This document shows, piece after piece, positions 1-11,145 of a stretch of 64,000 nucleotides of DNA (positions within the stretch are counted from its first letter, which is position 1; each line of letters opens with the position of its first letter). The stretch covers positions 384,001 through 448,000 of the forward strand of contig CAWEXO010000011.1 in assembly GCA_963813025.1 (NCBI GenBank), written 5' to 3'. A program made the translations under genes and the position numbers. Source of the DNA: an uncultured Verrucomicrobiae bacterium. Its GTDB lineage: Bacteria > Verrucomicrobiota > Verrucomicrobiia > Chthoniobacterales > JAFAMB01. The notes beneath the pieces are model-generated. The model was given only the letters and a program-made list of their open reading frames with translations. It did no database searches and was not told the DNA's origin.

Positions 1-276
1 GAGCGAAAGCGGTTTCTCAAAGTACTCGACCAACTCAACTCGAGGGACCTCGTGCTCTCTTCCGATGAGGATGCCCTCAAGAGGGTTCCTCGCGGTTTCG
101 AGGAGTTTGCCGAATCCGACATCGCCTGGCTGTTGAAACACCGTTCGTTTGTTGTCAGGCAGACTCTGCCCGAAACCCTGATCGAGTCTTCCGATCTGCC
201 AAAAGCGTTGGTCGAGTTTACCCTGGCGGGACTTCCGTTTCTGAAATTTGGCTGGGAAGCACTCGACGGACGCTGA
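1..276 (+). CDS. DUF2461 (TIGR02453)-like protein, C-terminal part (truncated by window edge)
   Basis: LKRVPRGF...LLKHRSFVV motif typical of the DUF2461 C-terminus; stop at 276. Confidence 0.65.
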   Translation, partial: ERKRFLKVLDQLNSRDLVLSSDEDALKRVPRGFEEFAESDIAWLLKHRSFVVRQTLPETLIESSDLPKALVEFTLAGLPFLKFGWEALDGR

Positions 277-473
277 CGGCGATCGCTGTTTGAACTCCCG
301 GAATCTGACACCCCTTCACCTCCAACCCGCCGCGCGGGTGTTTTTCGTAGTGGGCATTGGAGACCGTTGCGGCGATCACCGCAAGAGAACAAAGTCCGAC
401 AAAACCAACCGCAGCATCTTCCTGCACCGTCTTCTCGTTTGACAGTTAAATGTTGTGCGTCATCCTGTTAGAC

Positions 474-722
474 ATGAAAATGGCGTCGGTCCGTGAGGTA
501 CAGCATCACTTGCGCAAAGTGCTTGCCTGGGTGGAAAAAGGAGAAGAGGTCCAGATCACCCGCCGAAATAAACCGATCGCCAGGATCGTTCCCGCCGAAG
601 TTCATAGCTCACCTGTTCTTTTCCCTGATTTCGAGGCTCGAGCACGGAAAATTTGGGGTAACACACCAGCGGGAAAGAGTTTGAGCGAAGCTGTGTTGGA
701 TCACCGGGATGAACGCGCGTGA
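474..722 (+). CDS. Phd/YefM-family type II antitoxin
   Basis: ASVREVQHHLRKVLAWVEKGEEVQITRRNKPIARIVP; overlaps the toxin start; TTGACA at 439-444 upstream. Confidence 0.9.
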   Translation: MKMASVREVQHHLRKVLAWVEKGEEVQITRRNKPIARIVPAEVHSSPVLFPDFEARARKIWGNTPAGKSLSEAVLDHRDERA

Positions 723-1156
723 CCTACCTGGACACCAGTTCCCTCGTCGCTCTCTACTATCCCGAAGCAAACACGGCTCGACTGGAAGCTTACCTTCGAC
801 GACGACGAACCAGTCTACCGATCACTTGGCTCCACGAGCTTGAGTTCACCAATAGCCTTCACCTGAAAATCTTCCGCCGCGACGGTACCAGTGATGCCGT
901 GGAAAATACTCTCGCGTTATTGCTCGCGGACACCCGCGCCGGAATTCTCTTCCGCGCCTCGCTCTCCTGGCCTTCGGTATTTGAACGCGCCGTGCGACTG
1001 GCTAACACCTATTCCGCACGCCGCGGAACACGAACCCTTGATTTGTTGCATATATCGGCTGCCGGTCTTTTGAACGCCACAGAGTTCGTTACCAGCGATC
1101 GACGGCAATCGGAGGTCGCCAGGCAAGAAGGTTTGAAAGTAGTCCTACTGACGTAA
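719..1156 (+). CDS. vapC: VapC-family PIN-domain toxin
   Basis: YLDTS N-terminus, RTLDLLHISAA and FVTSDRRQ PIN motifs. Confidence 0.9.
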   Translation: MTYLDTSSLVALYYPEANTARLEAYLRRRRTSLPITWLHELEFTNSLHLKIFRRDGTSDAVENTLALLLADTRAGILFRASLSWPSVFERAVRLANTYSARRGTRTLDLLHISAAGLLNATEFVTSDRRQSEVARQEGLKVVLLT

Positions 1157-1327
1157 GTCCGCGCTTCGCGAATCGCAAATTGCAGCCCAGCGTAGCCACA
1201 AAATGGTACGGGGTTAGCGGACTGGCTGTCGCCAAATCAACATTCCTCTGCTTGCCGCAGGTAAACTAACACAAGAACGCTCGGGCGCTCGGGCGACCTA
1301 GCCCGACTCCTGACTCCCATCCCTCTC

Positions 1328-3211
1328 CTACTCCCCCAACATTTCCTCGACTGCGCCAACCACCTCCTCGATCGTTACTGCCTTCATGCAGCGAAAATCC
1401 AAAGGGCATTCCCGCAGAAAACAAGGACTGCAAACCACATGGTGCCGCAAGACTCGATGACCGTCACCCAGTGGACCGGTCAGGCGTGGCTCGGTGGAAC
1501 CGAAAATCGCGACCGTTGGTACCTCCAGAAAGGCAGCCAGGTGCATCGTCCCGGTGTCATTGGTCAGGAGTAGCCGGCAACGCCGAAGATGCTCCATCAG
1601 TTCGCCTAAATCGGTCTGTCCCGTCAGATCGTGGGCCGAGGCGCCAATGGATTCAGCGATCTCGGCACCAAGCCGTTTCTCCCGTGCTGTTCCAAAAATG
1701 AGCCATTGAACATCGTTTCTCCTGCTCAGAGCGGCGGCGGCCTCGGCAAAATGGATCCAGCGCTTGGCGGGGCCATACTCTGCGCCCGGACATAGCCCCA
1801 GATAATTTCCTCTCGGCCTTGGCGGAAAGATCGGCGGAAGGACCTCGGTCATGTCGGCTCCCAACCGCCCGGCGATCCGCAGGTAGTGGTGGACCTGATG
1901 CTCAAGGGGCCGGGCACCGACCGGTTCCGGCACAAACTGGTTCAGGAAAATGTTCCGCCAAGGCCGGCGAAAACCGACCCGTCGAGGCACTCTCCCCAGA
2001 TACGCCTCCAATGCCGTACGCGGCGAGTTGGGAAAGATGATTGCGGCATCGAATCGTCCCCGGATCTTCCTCGCTGTTGCGAGCAGTGATTCACCTTCTT
2101 CAATGGCAATGACTTCATCGACCTCCGGCACTCTTTTCCAGAGGTCGGCCAGTCTGGCCCGAGACAATACCGCTACACGCGCATCAGGTCGGCCCCGCTT
2201 GATCCGCCGGACTGCGGGAATGCTCATCACCGCGTCGCCCAGCCAGTTGCTGGAACGGATCAAAACACTGAACGGCTTCAGGATTTCGCCGGTTTCCGGC
2301 ACGTAGACTCCTCGTTTATAGTTGCGCAGAAGAAATTGTGGCGACGGCGTTTTCCAACGGTCATGAACCCAGAACCAGGCGGCTGGATCTGCCGCTATCC
2401 GGTCCTCGGCTTGTCGATTGATTCGCGCGGTGATCTCTTCACTGCCGGCGCCCGCGGTCGGAATGAAATCGTCCACCTCAACCCGCCACCGCCCGACTCC
2501 CGCGTTCACAATTCTTAATGGAAGAAGCCGGGCTCCAGTTTTTCGCGCCAGGATTGCCGCGAATGGCGAGGTTGAAGCGAGGCGGCCGAAGAACGGTGTC
2601 CAGATCCCTTTGTCTCCGGCGTGCTGGTCCACCAGAATTCCGAGCACCCCACCCTGCTTCAGAAGCGAGGCGCCTGGACTGAGCCCTTCGCTGCGATCGA
2701 GCAGCTTGGCGCCGGCGCTTTCCCGCGCTCGCCGCACGTCCGCATCGATGAACCGGTTGCGCAACTTCTGGTAAAAAGCGGCGGCCGGTCCTGATTGAAT
2801 CCAGTGGACCCCAAAGATCATCAGCTCCCAGTTCCCGATATGGTTGAGGACCCAAATGACGCTTTTCGCCTCGTTGATCCTCTCCGCGTTGGCCTGGAAC
2901 GCTGAGATATCGATGTACCGGGCAACTTCCGGCCAACGGCGCTGGGTGAGCACAAATCCACACAGCAAATTGGCCGTCAGCAGTTGAAAATGTTTCTTGA
3001 CGCAATTGATTCGGGCGTCGTTCGACCATTCCGGGAAAGCGATTCGAAGATTTGCCAGAGCGAGTCGCCGGTATCCCGGCAAGAGCCAATAGCCGATCCA
3101 GCCAAGCGCTTGCCCCAGGCGGAAGGTCACGGCGATCGGCAACAAACCCAGCACAAAGCCGATCGCGCGGTAAACCAGGTAAACTAAGTAATCACTGACC
3201 GGAAGGCTCAC
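1328..3211 (-). CDS. Fused lipid A acyltransferase (LpxL/HtrB-like) + LPS heptosyltransferase II (WaaF, GT9)
   Basis: N-half HIGNWE, ILVDQH, WFWVHDRWK; C-half NWLGDAVMS, CPGAEYGPAKRW, TNDTGTMHLAA. Confidence 0.9.
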   Translation of the reverse strand: MSLPVSDYLVYLVYRAIGFVLGLLPIAVTFRLGQALGWIGYWLLPGYRRLALANLRIAFPEWSNDARINCVKKHFQLLTANLLCGFVLTQRRWPEVARYIDISAFQANAERINEAKSVIWVLNHIGNWELMIFGVHWIQSGPAAAFYQKLRNRFIDADVRRARESAGAKLLDRSEGLSPGASLLKQGGVLGILVDQHAGDKGIWTPFFGRLASTSPFAAILARKTGARLLPLRIVNAGVGRWRVEVDDFIPTAGAGSEEITARINRQAEDRIAADPAAWFWVHDRWKTPSPQFLLRNYKRGVYVPETGEILKPFSVLIRSSNWLGDAVMSIPAVRRIKRGRPDARVAVLSRARLADLWKRVPEVDEVIAIEEGESLLATARKIRGRFDAAIIFPNSPRTALEAYLGRVPRRVGFRRPWRNIFLNQFVPEPVGARPLEHQVHHYLRIAGRLGADMTEVLPPIFPPRPRGNYLGLCPGAEYGPAKRWIHFAEAAAALSRRNDVQWLIFGTAREKRLGAEIAESIGASAHDLTGQTDLGELMEHLRRCRLLLTNDTGTMHLAAFLEVPTVAIFGSTEPRLTGPLGDGHRVLRHHVVCSPCFLRECPLDFRCMKAVTIEEVVGAVEEMLGE

Positions 3212-3222
3212 CGATTCGCCCC

Positions 3223-4122
3223 CTAAGCACGCGGGTGAAATTTTTTATGAATCGACTTCAATCGGCTCTGGTCCACATGCGTGTAGATCTGAGTAGTCGA
3301 GATGTCCGCGTGACCGAGCAGTTCCTGAATCACGCGCAAATCCGCGCCGTTGCTGAGGAGATGGGTAGCAAACGAGTGCCGGAGCAGATGGGGATAGATG
3401 TTCAAATCCAAGCCCGCACCCGAAGCCACTTCTTTCAGGATTTGCCAGACCCGGGCCGGTGTTAGCTTTCGCCCGAGCCGCGAGAGAAAAATCTCGCTCC
3501 GCGTCGTCCGGTTTACCAGCCTCGGCCTTTCGCCGGCCAAGTACTTTTGGAGCGCCTCGACCGCTGTCCTCCCGATAGGGACCAGCCGGGTCTTGTTCCC
3601 CTTACCCGTTACGCGCAGGATGCGCTGTTCCAGATCGAGGTTTTCCAAGCGGGCGTTGGTCAATTCGCTAATCCGCAAACCGCACGCGTAGAGCACCTCC
3701 AGGATCGCTCGATCGCGTTCCGCAAAAACCCGCTCCGACAGATCGATGGCGAGAAATTGTTCGATCTGTCTCTCATTTAAGGCGTCCGGTAAATAGCGGG
3801 TCAAGCGGGGAAGCGCCAGAGCCTCCGCTGGATCCGACTTTATCTGACCTCGGGCGGCCAGAAACCGAAAGAAAATCTTCAAAGCAACGACGATTAATTT
3901 CATGGAGGCTGGAGCAAGCCCGCTCGCTTTGCGATAAGCCAGGAACGCATTCAGATCCTCGATCTTCACCCCGTGCGGACCGCTTCCGGATTGGTGCTGA
4001 TACCAAATCGCAAACTCCTCCAGTGATCGGCGAGTCGAAACCTGGTAATTCTCGGAAAGACCGCGCTCGGTCGCTAGATACAAAATAAAACCATCGATTG
4101 CCTCAACAAACTCAGGGTGCAA
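3223..4122 (-). CDS. xerD: Site-specific tyrosine recombinase XerD
   Basis: LYACGLRISEL, GKGNKTRLVP, HLLRHSFATHLL, LGHADISTTQIYTHV, HPRA C-terminus. Confidence 0.85.
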   Translation of the reverse strand: MHPEFVEAIDGFILYLATERGLSENYQVSTRRSLEEFAIWYQHQSGSGPHGVKIEDLNAFLAYRKASGLAPASMKLIVVALKIFFRFLAARGQIKSDPAEALALPRLTRYLPDALNERQIEQFLAIDLSERVFAERDRAILEVLYACGLRISELTNARLENLDLEQRILRVTGKGNKTRLVPIGRTAVEALQKYLAGERPRLVNRTTRSEIFLSRLGRKLTPARVWQILKEVASGAGLDLNIYPHLLRHSFATHLLSNGADLRVIQELLGHADISTTQIYTHVDQSRLKSIHKKFHPRA

Positions 4123-4224
4123 GCTCTCGCAGAGTAAGTTTGGCCACGCTTTCAGGAAAGAAAAACCTTGATCGCGTTGTCGCGAACCGCCGGAGAAGTG
4201 TAAACATAGGACCTCATCAATTAG

Positions 4225-4298
<74 letters not shown>

Positions 4299-4540
4299 AG
4301 CCCTTAAATACCAGCGAGTGAGGCTTTAAGACACATCGGTAAGATACCGAAGTCGGAACAGATAGTCGGAACAAGGCCACCGTTGGTTTGTATTGTTTAT
4401 ATTTGTCTTTGGATATCCTGGAGCACCGTAGTGCACACAAAATAGCGACTCCCGGCGGCAGCACAGGAACACAAACAGGCCGATTCGCGATTGTCCCACC
4501 CGGCTGAAAGGGAGGTCTGCCCACCGGGGCCAGGTGGAAT

Positions 4541-4606
4541 CGCGGTTCGATTTCCCGCCCCCCCGCCTCCATGGTTGATAATGAAGTACTTACGTCTTAT
4601 CCCGCT
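4541..4606 (+). repeat. Degenerate copy of tRNA-Cys 3' end plus downstream flank (att-like relic)
   Basis: cgcggttcgatttcccgcccccccgcctccatggttgataatgaagtacttacgtc aligns to 54505-54560 cgcgggttcgattcccgcccccgcctccatggcttaaaaaatgaggcacttacgtc. Confidence 0.8.
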
Positions 4607-5028
4607 GGGTAGATAGCGAAGTAAGATAGGAAAGTAAGACAACGTCCATTCGCGTACAAGCCCGGCCACCACCCAACATAACCCCTCAGCGGCGTCGACA
4701 ATTTGCCGTTTCGTTTCGGAACGATTGTACAATGACCCCGTGCAGTCTCACTTAATTAAATCCGATGCGCGGAGCGTCGGTTAGGTCCGGAGAATTTTTC
4801 CCGGGTTCATAATTTGCGGGGCTCAATCGTGCCAAGAGCTGCGCCGTTGATTTTCCCATCCACAGACGAGAGCATGTGACAAATGATATAAGGTCTCACT
4901 GCGGTCCTTTTTGTTGTCAATCACGCGGCTATTGTTCATTGCTGATTTTCTCCATCGAGCCGACACCTTCCCGTCGAGCGGGCGGGGTTTGCTGTCGGCG
5001 TTTGCTGTCGGCCTACCGCGCGCTTCGC

Positions 5029-5742
<714 letters not shown>

Positions 5743-6330
5743 TTATATGGCGCTGCGGATCCCTGTGGGCGTCACGCCAACCACACGTCGGAAGAGACGA
5801 GCGAAATGGCTCGGGCTCGTGTATCCGACTTCGAGCGCAATCTCGATGAGGCTGCGAGAGGTTTCGCGGATGAGTTGCTGTGCGCGGGCGATCCGTTCCC
5901 GGGTGACGAACTGCAGCGGAGACATCCCGGTTGTCTGTTTGAACACACGGGAAAAGTGGAATGAACTCAGTTCCACCAACTCAGCCAATGCCTCGACGGG
6001 AATGTCCTCAGCGAGCCGTTCGTGCACATAGTCCTCCACTTTGCGGAGCTGGCGAATCGGCAGACCGCCATGGAAGCTGGGCTTTTCCGAAGCGGCGTTC
6101 GTGTATTTCTCAACAAGATACGCCGCGAAAAGCTGCGTGAGAGCAGCGACGCGTTTCGACTTGCCGGGCACCCGAGCCGAAAGCATCTCGGCGCACGCGA
6201 AGCACAAAAGCGCAAGCGTTTCATCGCGCCCGAAAAAATCGACTACTTCCAACTCCTCGGTCTTTCCGGGATACACAGCCTCCAAAGCCGCAAGGAATTG
6301 ATCCACTTCAAGATGGATCAGGATGAAATC
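5743..6330 (-). pseudogene. AraC-family transcriptional regulator, 5' end truncated at the IS630 remnant
   Basis: Double HTH (FHFSRVFKQTTG...IALEVGYTSPSHFARLFRR); upstream part of the ORF runs into IS sequence. Confidence 0.8.
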
Positions 6331-7189
6331 GAGGCTCCCATTGTCTCGGCTCTCGGTTGAGGAAACCCGCCAGCACGTTATTTCGCAAGGCCTGGTCGCT
6401 GAGATCAGCGGCGCTACTTTGTGGCGCTGGTTAGAGCAGCGATGCCCTTCGCCCCTGGAAACATCGAAGCTGGATCTTCCCCCGCGATCCGAACTTTGCC
6501 GGAAAAGCCGGACCCATCCTCGATCTTTACCAACGTGTCTGGGAGGGCGCTCCACTGGGTGCCGATGATTACGTCATCTGCGCAGACGAAAAGACCAGTA
6601 TTCAATCCCGCCGCCGAAAACAACCGACGCTGCCGCCGGCGCCCAATCGCCCGAGGCACGTCGAGCATGAGTACTTCCGCATGGGTGCCTGGACCTATCT
6701 GGCAGCCTGGGATGTCCATCGAGCAAGAGTCTTCGGCCGCTGTGAAGTCAAAAGTGGAATTGCTCCCGTCAATCGGCTGGTGGGCGAAGTCATGGGGCAA
6801 GAGCCTTATAAATCTGCTCGCCGCGTCTTTTGGATCATGGACAACTGCTCTGCTCATCGAGGGCAGAAGGCCGCCAACCGGTTACGTGACAGATGGCCCA
6901 ACCTAATCCTCATTCATACACCGATCCACGCCAGCTGGCTCAACCAGGTCGAAATCTATTTCTCGATCGTTCAGAGAAAGGTCCTCACGCCCAACGACTT
7001 CTCATCTCTGCAGGAACTCGAAGAGCGCCTGCTTGCCTTTCAGTCCCATTACGAGCGCTCGGCATCGCCCTTCAATTGGACCTTCACCCGCCGCGATCTC
7101 AATGTCTTCTGGCCAAGATCGCCGTCAAACGGCTGGCTCGCAGCAGCCTGACGGAATACGTCACCGTAATTCCGAACGTGAGTACTTAG
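6330..7189 (+). mobile_element. IS630-family transposase remnant (5' truncated, frameshifted)
   Basis: ADEK, EHEY, WIMDNCSAH, HTPIHASWLNQVEIYFS DDE motifs spread over several frames; ends ...gtgagtacttag. Confidence 0.85.
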
Positions 7190-7320
7190 CTAGCTAAAGG
7201 CTGTTGCGAAATGGTTTTTCCCCTCGGCGTGGCGCGGCGGAGGGCGAACGAGTAGTTCTTCAAAGAAATTTTGATTTGGTTGTTGTCGGGAGTTACCTAA
7301 TCGACTATATCGATTAGGTA

Positions 7321-8749
7321 GTGATCGGTAAGACCGTTCGGCCAGCTTCTCTATTTGCTTTCGCTTTCTTCAAGGAAGTAGCCACCATTACTGACCCGGT
7401 GCTCGATTCGGTTGATGGGCTGCTTGACGACCCGGGCTTATTGGCTTTGAGCACTCGGGCTTTGACGAGCCGCTCGCCAGGCTCAGGCAAAGTTGGCCGC
7501 GAAGGAATTGCGCCGGATCGGCTGCTGCGCTGTGCGGTGCTTAAGCACATCAAAGGTTGGTCCTACCGTGAACTGCACCACGAACTGCGAGTCAGCCTTC
7601 TCTATCGACGCTTCACGCGCTTTTATGAGGATCCGATTCCAGATTTTAGCAATCTGTGTCGGGCTTTTGCGCTCTTTGGCAAGGAAGGCACTGAGCAGAT
7701 TCACCAGCAGATCGTACAGCAGGCCAAAGAGGCGACCATCATTGCCGGAAAGAAGCTGCGCACCGATACCACCGCGGTCGAAACGAATATTCACCACCCA
7801 ACCGACAGCTCGTTGCTGGCCGATTCAGTGCGGGTCATGAGCCGGTCTTTGCAACGTATCGCCGGAGGTTGTCAGGAATCGGAGCTTCGCATTGTCCATC
7901 ATGCTCGGGCGGTCAAACATCGAGTGTTGGAGATTGGCCGAGCGGCCCGGACTTGTACGCAAGCAGGCCAGGAGCAGTTAAAGCAAAGCTATAAAAAGCT
8001 CATCGGACTGACCCAAGGAGTAAGGACTCAGGGCCTATCGGTGCTTACGGCTCTCAAAAATGGCCAATTAGTGGCCCGGCAGGAGACTTCTTTGAAGGTC
8101 CTTGCAGCAGAAGCTTCTCTCAAACATTACCTGCCCTTGGTTGAGAAAGTTATCGCTCAGAGTCGGGCGCGAATTTTCCAGGCACAGACGCGCCATCCGG
8201 AGAAAATCTTGAGCCTCTTTGAGCCCCACAGTGTGGTCATTCGCAAGGGTAAAGCTCACAAACCCAATGAATTTGGTCGCTTGGTCCGGATCGACGAAGT
8301 CGAAAACGGGCTGGTCAGCAATTATGCTGTGGCCCCGGGCAACCTTTGCGATCGGCAACAGTGGATGCCGGCGCTGGAAACACATCTGGAGCGATTCGGT
8401 CGAGCACCAGAATTGGCTGCGGCTGACCGAGGCTTCTGGAGTAGTGCCAACGAAAAGGCTGCGCTTGGAGCTGGGAGTCAAGCAAGTAGTGCTGCCCAGC
8501 TGCGGTCGCTTAAGCGCCGCCCGAGCTGCGCGACAGAAACAGCGCTGGTTTCGGCGTGGCCAAGGCTGGAGAACAGGCATTGAAGCGCGGCTGAGCACGC
8601 TCAAACACTGTTTCGGCATGCGGCGGGCCTTTTACAAGGGTGAGATTGGATTTGAAAGACACGTTGGCTGGTGCATCATCGCCCACAATCTTGTGGCGAT
8701 GAGTCGAGCCCGTGTGAAGAACGGCAATGAGCGCTGTCGTAGTGGGTGA
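7321..8749 (+). CDS. IS5/ISNCY-family DDE transposase (frameshift near 8465)
   Basis: DTTAVETNIHHPTDSSLL, RKGKAHKPNEFG, ADRGF; C-terminus WRTGIEARLSTLKH continues in another frame. Confidence 0.85.
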
Positions 8750-9095
8750 AGCGATGCCAACGACCAAAAACCAAGCTTCCGCTGCCCGGCTGCAACTGCT
8801 CAGGCAGATTAGGCAATTGGCACAGGCGGCCATTTACGGATCGTTATCTGAGACTTATCGCCGATGTGGAAATCCAGACTGCCGCTGCCACCATGGCGGC
8901 CCTAAACACGGTCCACATTTATATATCAGCTATCGCGGAAAGACCGAAAAAACCACCGGCTACTATGTTCCCCACCATCTAGAGGCTCAAATCCGGCTGG
9001 GAGTCGACGCTTGGTCTCAACTTCAGGATCGTTTGCGCGAACTTGCCTCCTTAAACAAGGAGCGACTCATCGCGACCAAGGCGAAAAAAATTTAA
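8727..9095 (+). CDS. DUF6788-like small Cys/His protein carried inside the IS
   Basis: GSLSETYRRCGNPDCRCHHGGPKHGPHLYISY motif; lies inside the terminal IRs. Confidence 0.75.
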   Translation: MSAVVVGEAMPTTKNQASAARLQLLRQIRQLAQAAIYGSLSETYRRCGNPDCRCHHGGPKHGPHLYISYRGKTEKTTGYYVPHHLEAQIRLGVDAWSQLQDRLRELASLNKERLIATKAKKI

Positions 9096-9194
9096 CCATT
9101 TCGCAACAGGCTTTAGCTAGCCGCCGATGTTCGGGTTCCTCCGGAAACATAGAACTGCTATTCGTCAGATTCTTAAATTGCGCTAGAATCGTTT

Positions 9195-10400
9195 ATGGGA
9201 AAACCGTTTATTCCAATCATGGCAATCGCAGCCATGGCAATGATGGGCGGTTGCGCCAGAAATACTATCCCTACCTCGAATCCAAGGCCGGGTTGGACCA
9301 AGGCACGATTGAATCGGGCATTAGTCGGCAGGCTCGCCCGGGCAAACGCTGAACAGCACCCGCTGATTAGCCCGCTAGGATCTGTTCCAAGCGCTCGGTT
9401 TCGAACCGACGCCCAGGTCCGCCAAGCCTTCATGCGCGGAATCGCCGAAGAACTCGAAGGAGGCAAATACGGCGAACTCGAGACCCAGTTTACCCGGTTT
9501 CATAAGCCCGGAGAAGAACTCAAGGACGGCAGCCGCAAAATCTGGCTTTACTTTGCGGCCTTCGAGCACAGAACTGCTTTCGCGCCGTCTCTGGAGGACG
9601 CCAAAACTTTCGTCCGAACAGCCGAAGACTGGACTAGAGCCAAGCCGACGGCAGTCGCAGCCCATCTCGCCCTTTGCAAGGCTTTGTTGGGAGAGATGAC
9701 CCAAATTCTTGAGCTCGCCCGAAAAGGAGCCTTGGACGCTAATGATCCCAAAGTCACCCGAGAGCTCACAGACCTTTTCGAGGAGTGTAAAGGCCAAGTT
9801 AACAGCCCGTTCGTCCTTCCGGCCTTCTACGCCGAGCCCGAATTTTATAACATTGGCCTTCAGCTCCTCGGCTGGACCGATGCTGACTTTGCCCAGATCG
9901 AAGCCGCGTTCAAAGAGGCATACATAGTCGATCCATCTTACGTACCGACATACCTGTGGGTAAGCAGCTGGCTTAACGGCAAAGGTCCCCGGCAGGAAGA
10001 CGCCCCCAAAGCTGCGGCGTGGCTCACCGAAACCCTCAAGCTTGATCCGACTGATCCAGAGGCGGTTCGGCAAAAGAAAATAATTGCTTACGCTCAAACG
10101 GTTGGCCTTTTGTCGGCCCATCATCAACTCGATCCTCAAGACCTCGATTGGTCGACTCTTAAAGTCGGCCTGTCCCAACTGGCCCAGACCCACAAAGGTT
10201 CGCTCGACTGGCCGAGCCGGTACCTCGAATTTGCCTACGGCTTCCAGGACGCCGAAGCGGCGAAGGAAGCATTGGAACTGACTCAAGGGAGCTACAGCTC
10301 TGACGTTTTTCAGGATCCCGTCGCCTTCCGCGACGTCAGCCGCTGGGCCGAGGAAGCTTCGAAGGAGAAATCCAAGCCCAATCCGAAAGCCAATCCCTAA
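9195..10400 (+). CDS. Putative lipoprotein, DUF4034-like helical domain
   Basis: Signal with lipobox-like MGGC; helical 401-aa ORF; W...KP....AHLA pattern. Confidence 0.55.
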   Translation: MGKPFIPIMAIAAMAMMGGCARNTIPTSNPRPGWTKARLNRALVGRLARANAEQHPLISPLGSVPSARFRTDAQVRQAFMRGIAEELEGGKYGELETQFTRFHKPGEELKDGSRKIWLYFAAFEHRTAFAPSLEDAKTFVRTAEDWTRAKPTAVAAHLALCKALLGEMTQILELARKGALDANDPKVTRELTDLFEECKGQVNSPFVLPAFYAEPEFYNIGLQLLGWTDADFAQIEAAFKEAYIVDPSYVPTYLWVSSWLNGKGPRQEDAPKAAAWLTETLKLDPTDPEAVRQKKIIAYAQTVGLLSAHHQLDPQDLDWSTLKVGLSQLAQTHKGSLDWPSRYLEFAYGFQDAEAAKEALELTQGSYSSDVFQDPVAFRDVSRWAEEASKEKSKPNPKANP

Positions 10401-10742
10401 ACCGCCTTGCCAACTGGATCTGCAAAACTCGAGGCCGCAACCAGTCGAACCACGAAAAGGGAGCAGCTCGCGCGAGATACAAGATCCGGATCCCGGGTTC
10501 GCTACCGCATGCCGCGTGCTTTAATCGAAAGCGACACTGAAGCTCTTTGTTACTTTCTACTTTTCCTACCACGGCAGGGAGCAGACACTCTCAGCATGAA
10601 GAAGTTGGAGAGCCCCAACAGAGGCAGCAACTAGCGACTGAATGTGCTTCCCCGCACTCTTGTTTATCTATGCGCAGTCGCTGGTTAAGCTAGAGGGAAG
10701 TTGCGAACTGCGTGGGAGCCATGCCCACGACGTTCGTGTATT

Positions 10743-11138
10743 TCACGGCTGATATTGTTCGTCGGCGACCTTCTCCATCCAGTCGACAGCCTTGCCGTTG
10801 AGCTGTTCTTGAATGGCGATGTGCGTCATGGCCGTGGTCGGTGCAGCGCCGTGCCAATGCTTCTCGCCCGGCGGGAACCAGATCACGTCGCCCGGCCGAA
10901 TTTCCTCAATCGACCCTTCCCAGCGCTGAACTCGGCCGCAGCCGGCCGTCACGATCAGGATCTGGCCCAGTGGATGCGCGTGCCAAGCTGTCCGAGCGCC
11001 GGGCTCGAATGTAACGCTGTTGCCAGCCGCGCGCGCCGGATCCGTTGCCTGGAACAGCGGGTCAATGCGCACGGTGCCGCTAAACCACTCGGCCGATCCC
11101 TTGCTGGAAGGTTGTGATCCATTTCTCTTGAGGTCCAT
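10743..11138 (-). CDS. Cupin-domain protein
   Basis: [16 protein letters not shown] and [10 protein letters not shown] cupin motifs. Confidence 0.9.
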   Translation of the reverse strand: MDLKRNGSQPSSKGSAEWFSGTVRIDPLFQATDPARAAGNSVTFEPGARTAWHAHPLGQILIVTAGCGRVQRWEGSIEEIRPGDVIWFPPGEKHWHGAAPTTAMTHIAIQEQLNGKAVDWMEKVADEQYQP

Positions 11139-11145
11139 TTTCCTC

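Larger units (their letters stand above)
7195..9115 (+). mobile_element. IS5/ISNCY-type insertion sequence with two ORFs
   Basis: Terminal IRs TAAAGGCTGTTGCGAAATGGTT / AACCATTTCGCAACAGGCTTTA (1 mismatch); GCTAGC on both flanks (7189-7194, 9116-9121). Confidence 0.85.

Noticed and set aside
3223..4122. xerD as the island integrase next to tRNA-Gly
   Set aside because: Housekeeping XerD signature and length; lies on the 5' side of the tRNA, co-oriented with an LPS gene.
9375..10286. 303-aa minus-strand ORF
   Set aside because: Antisense to the 401-aa lipoprotein-like gene; no motifs.
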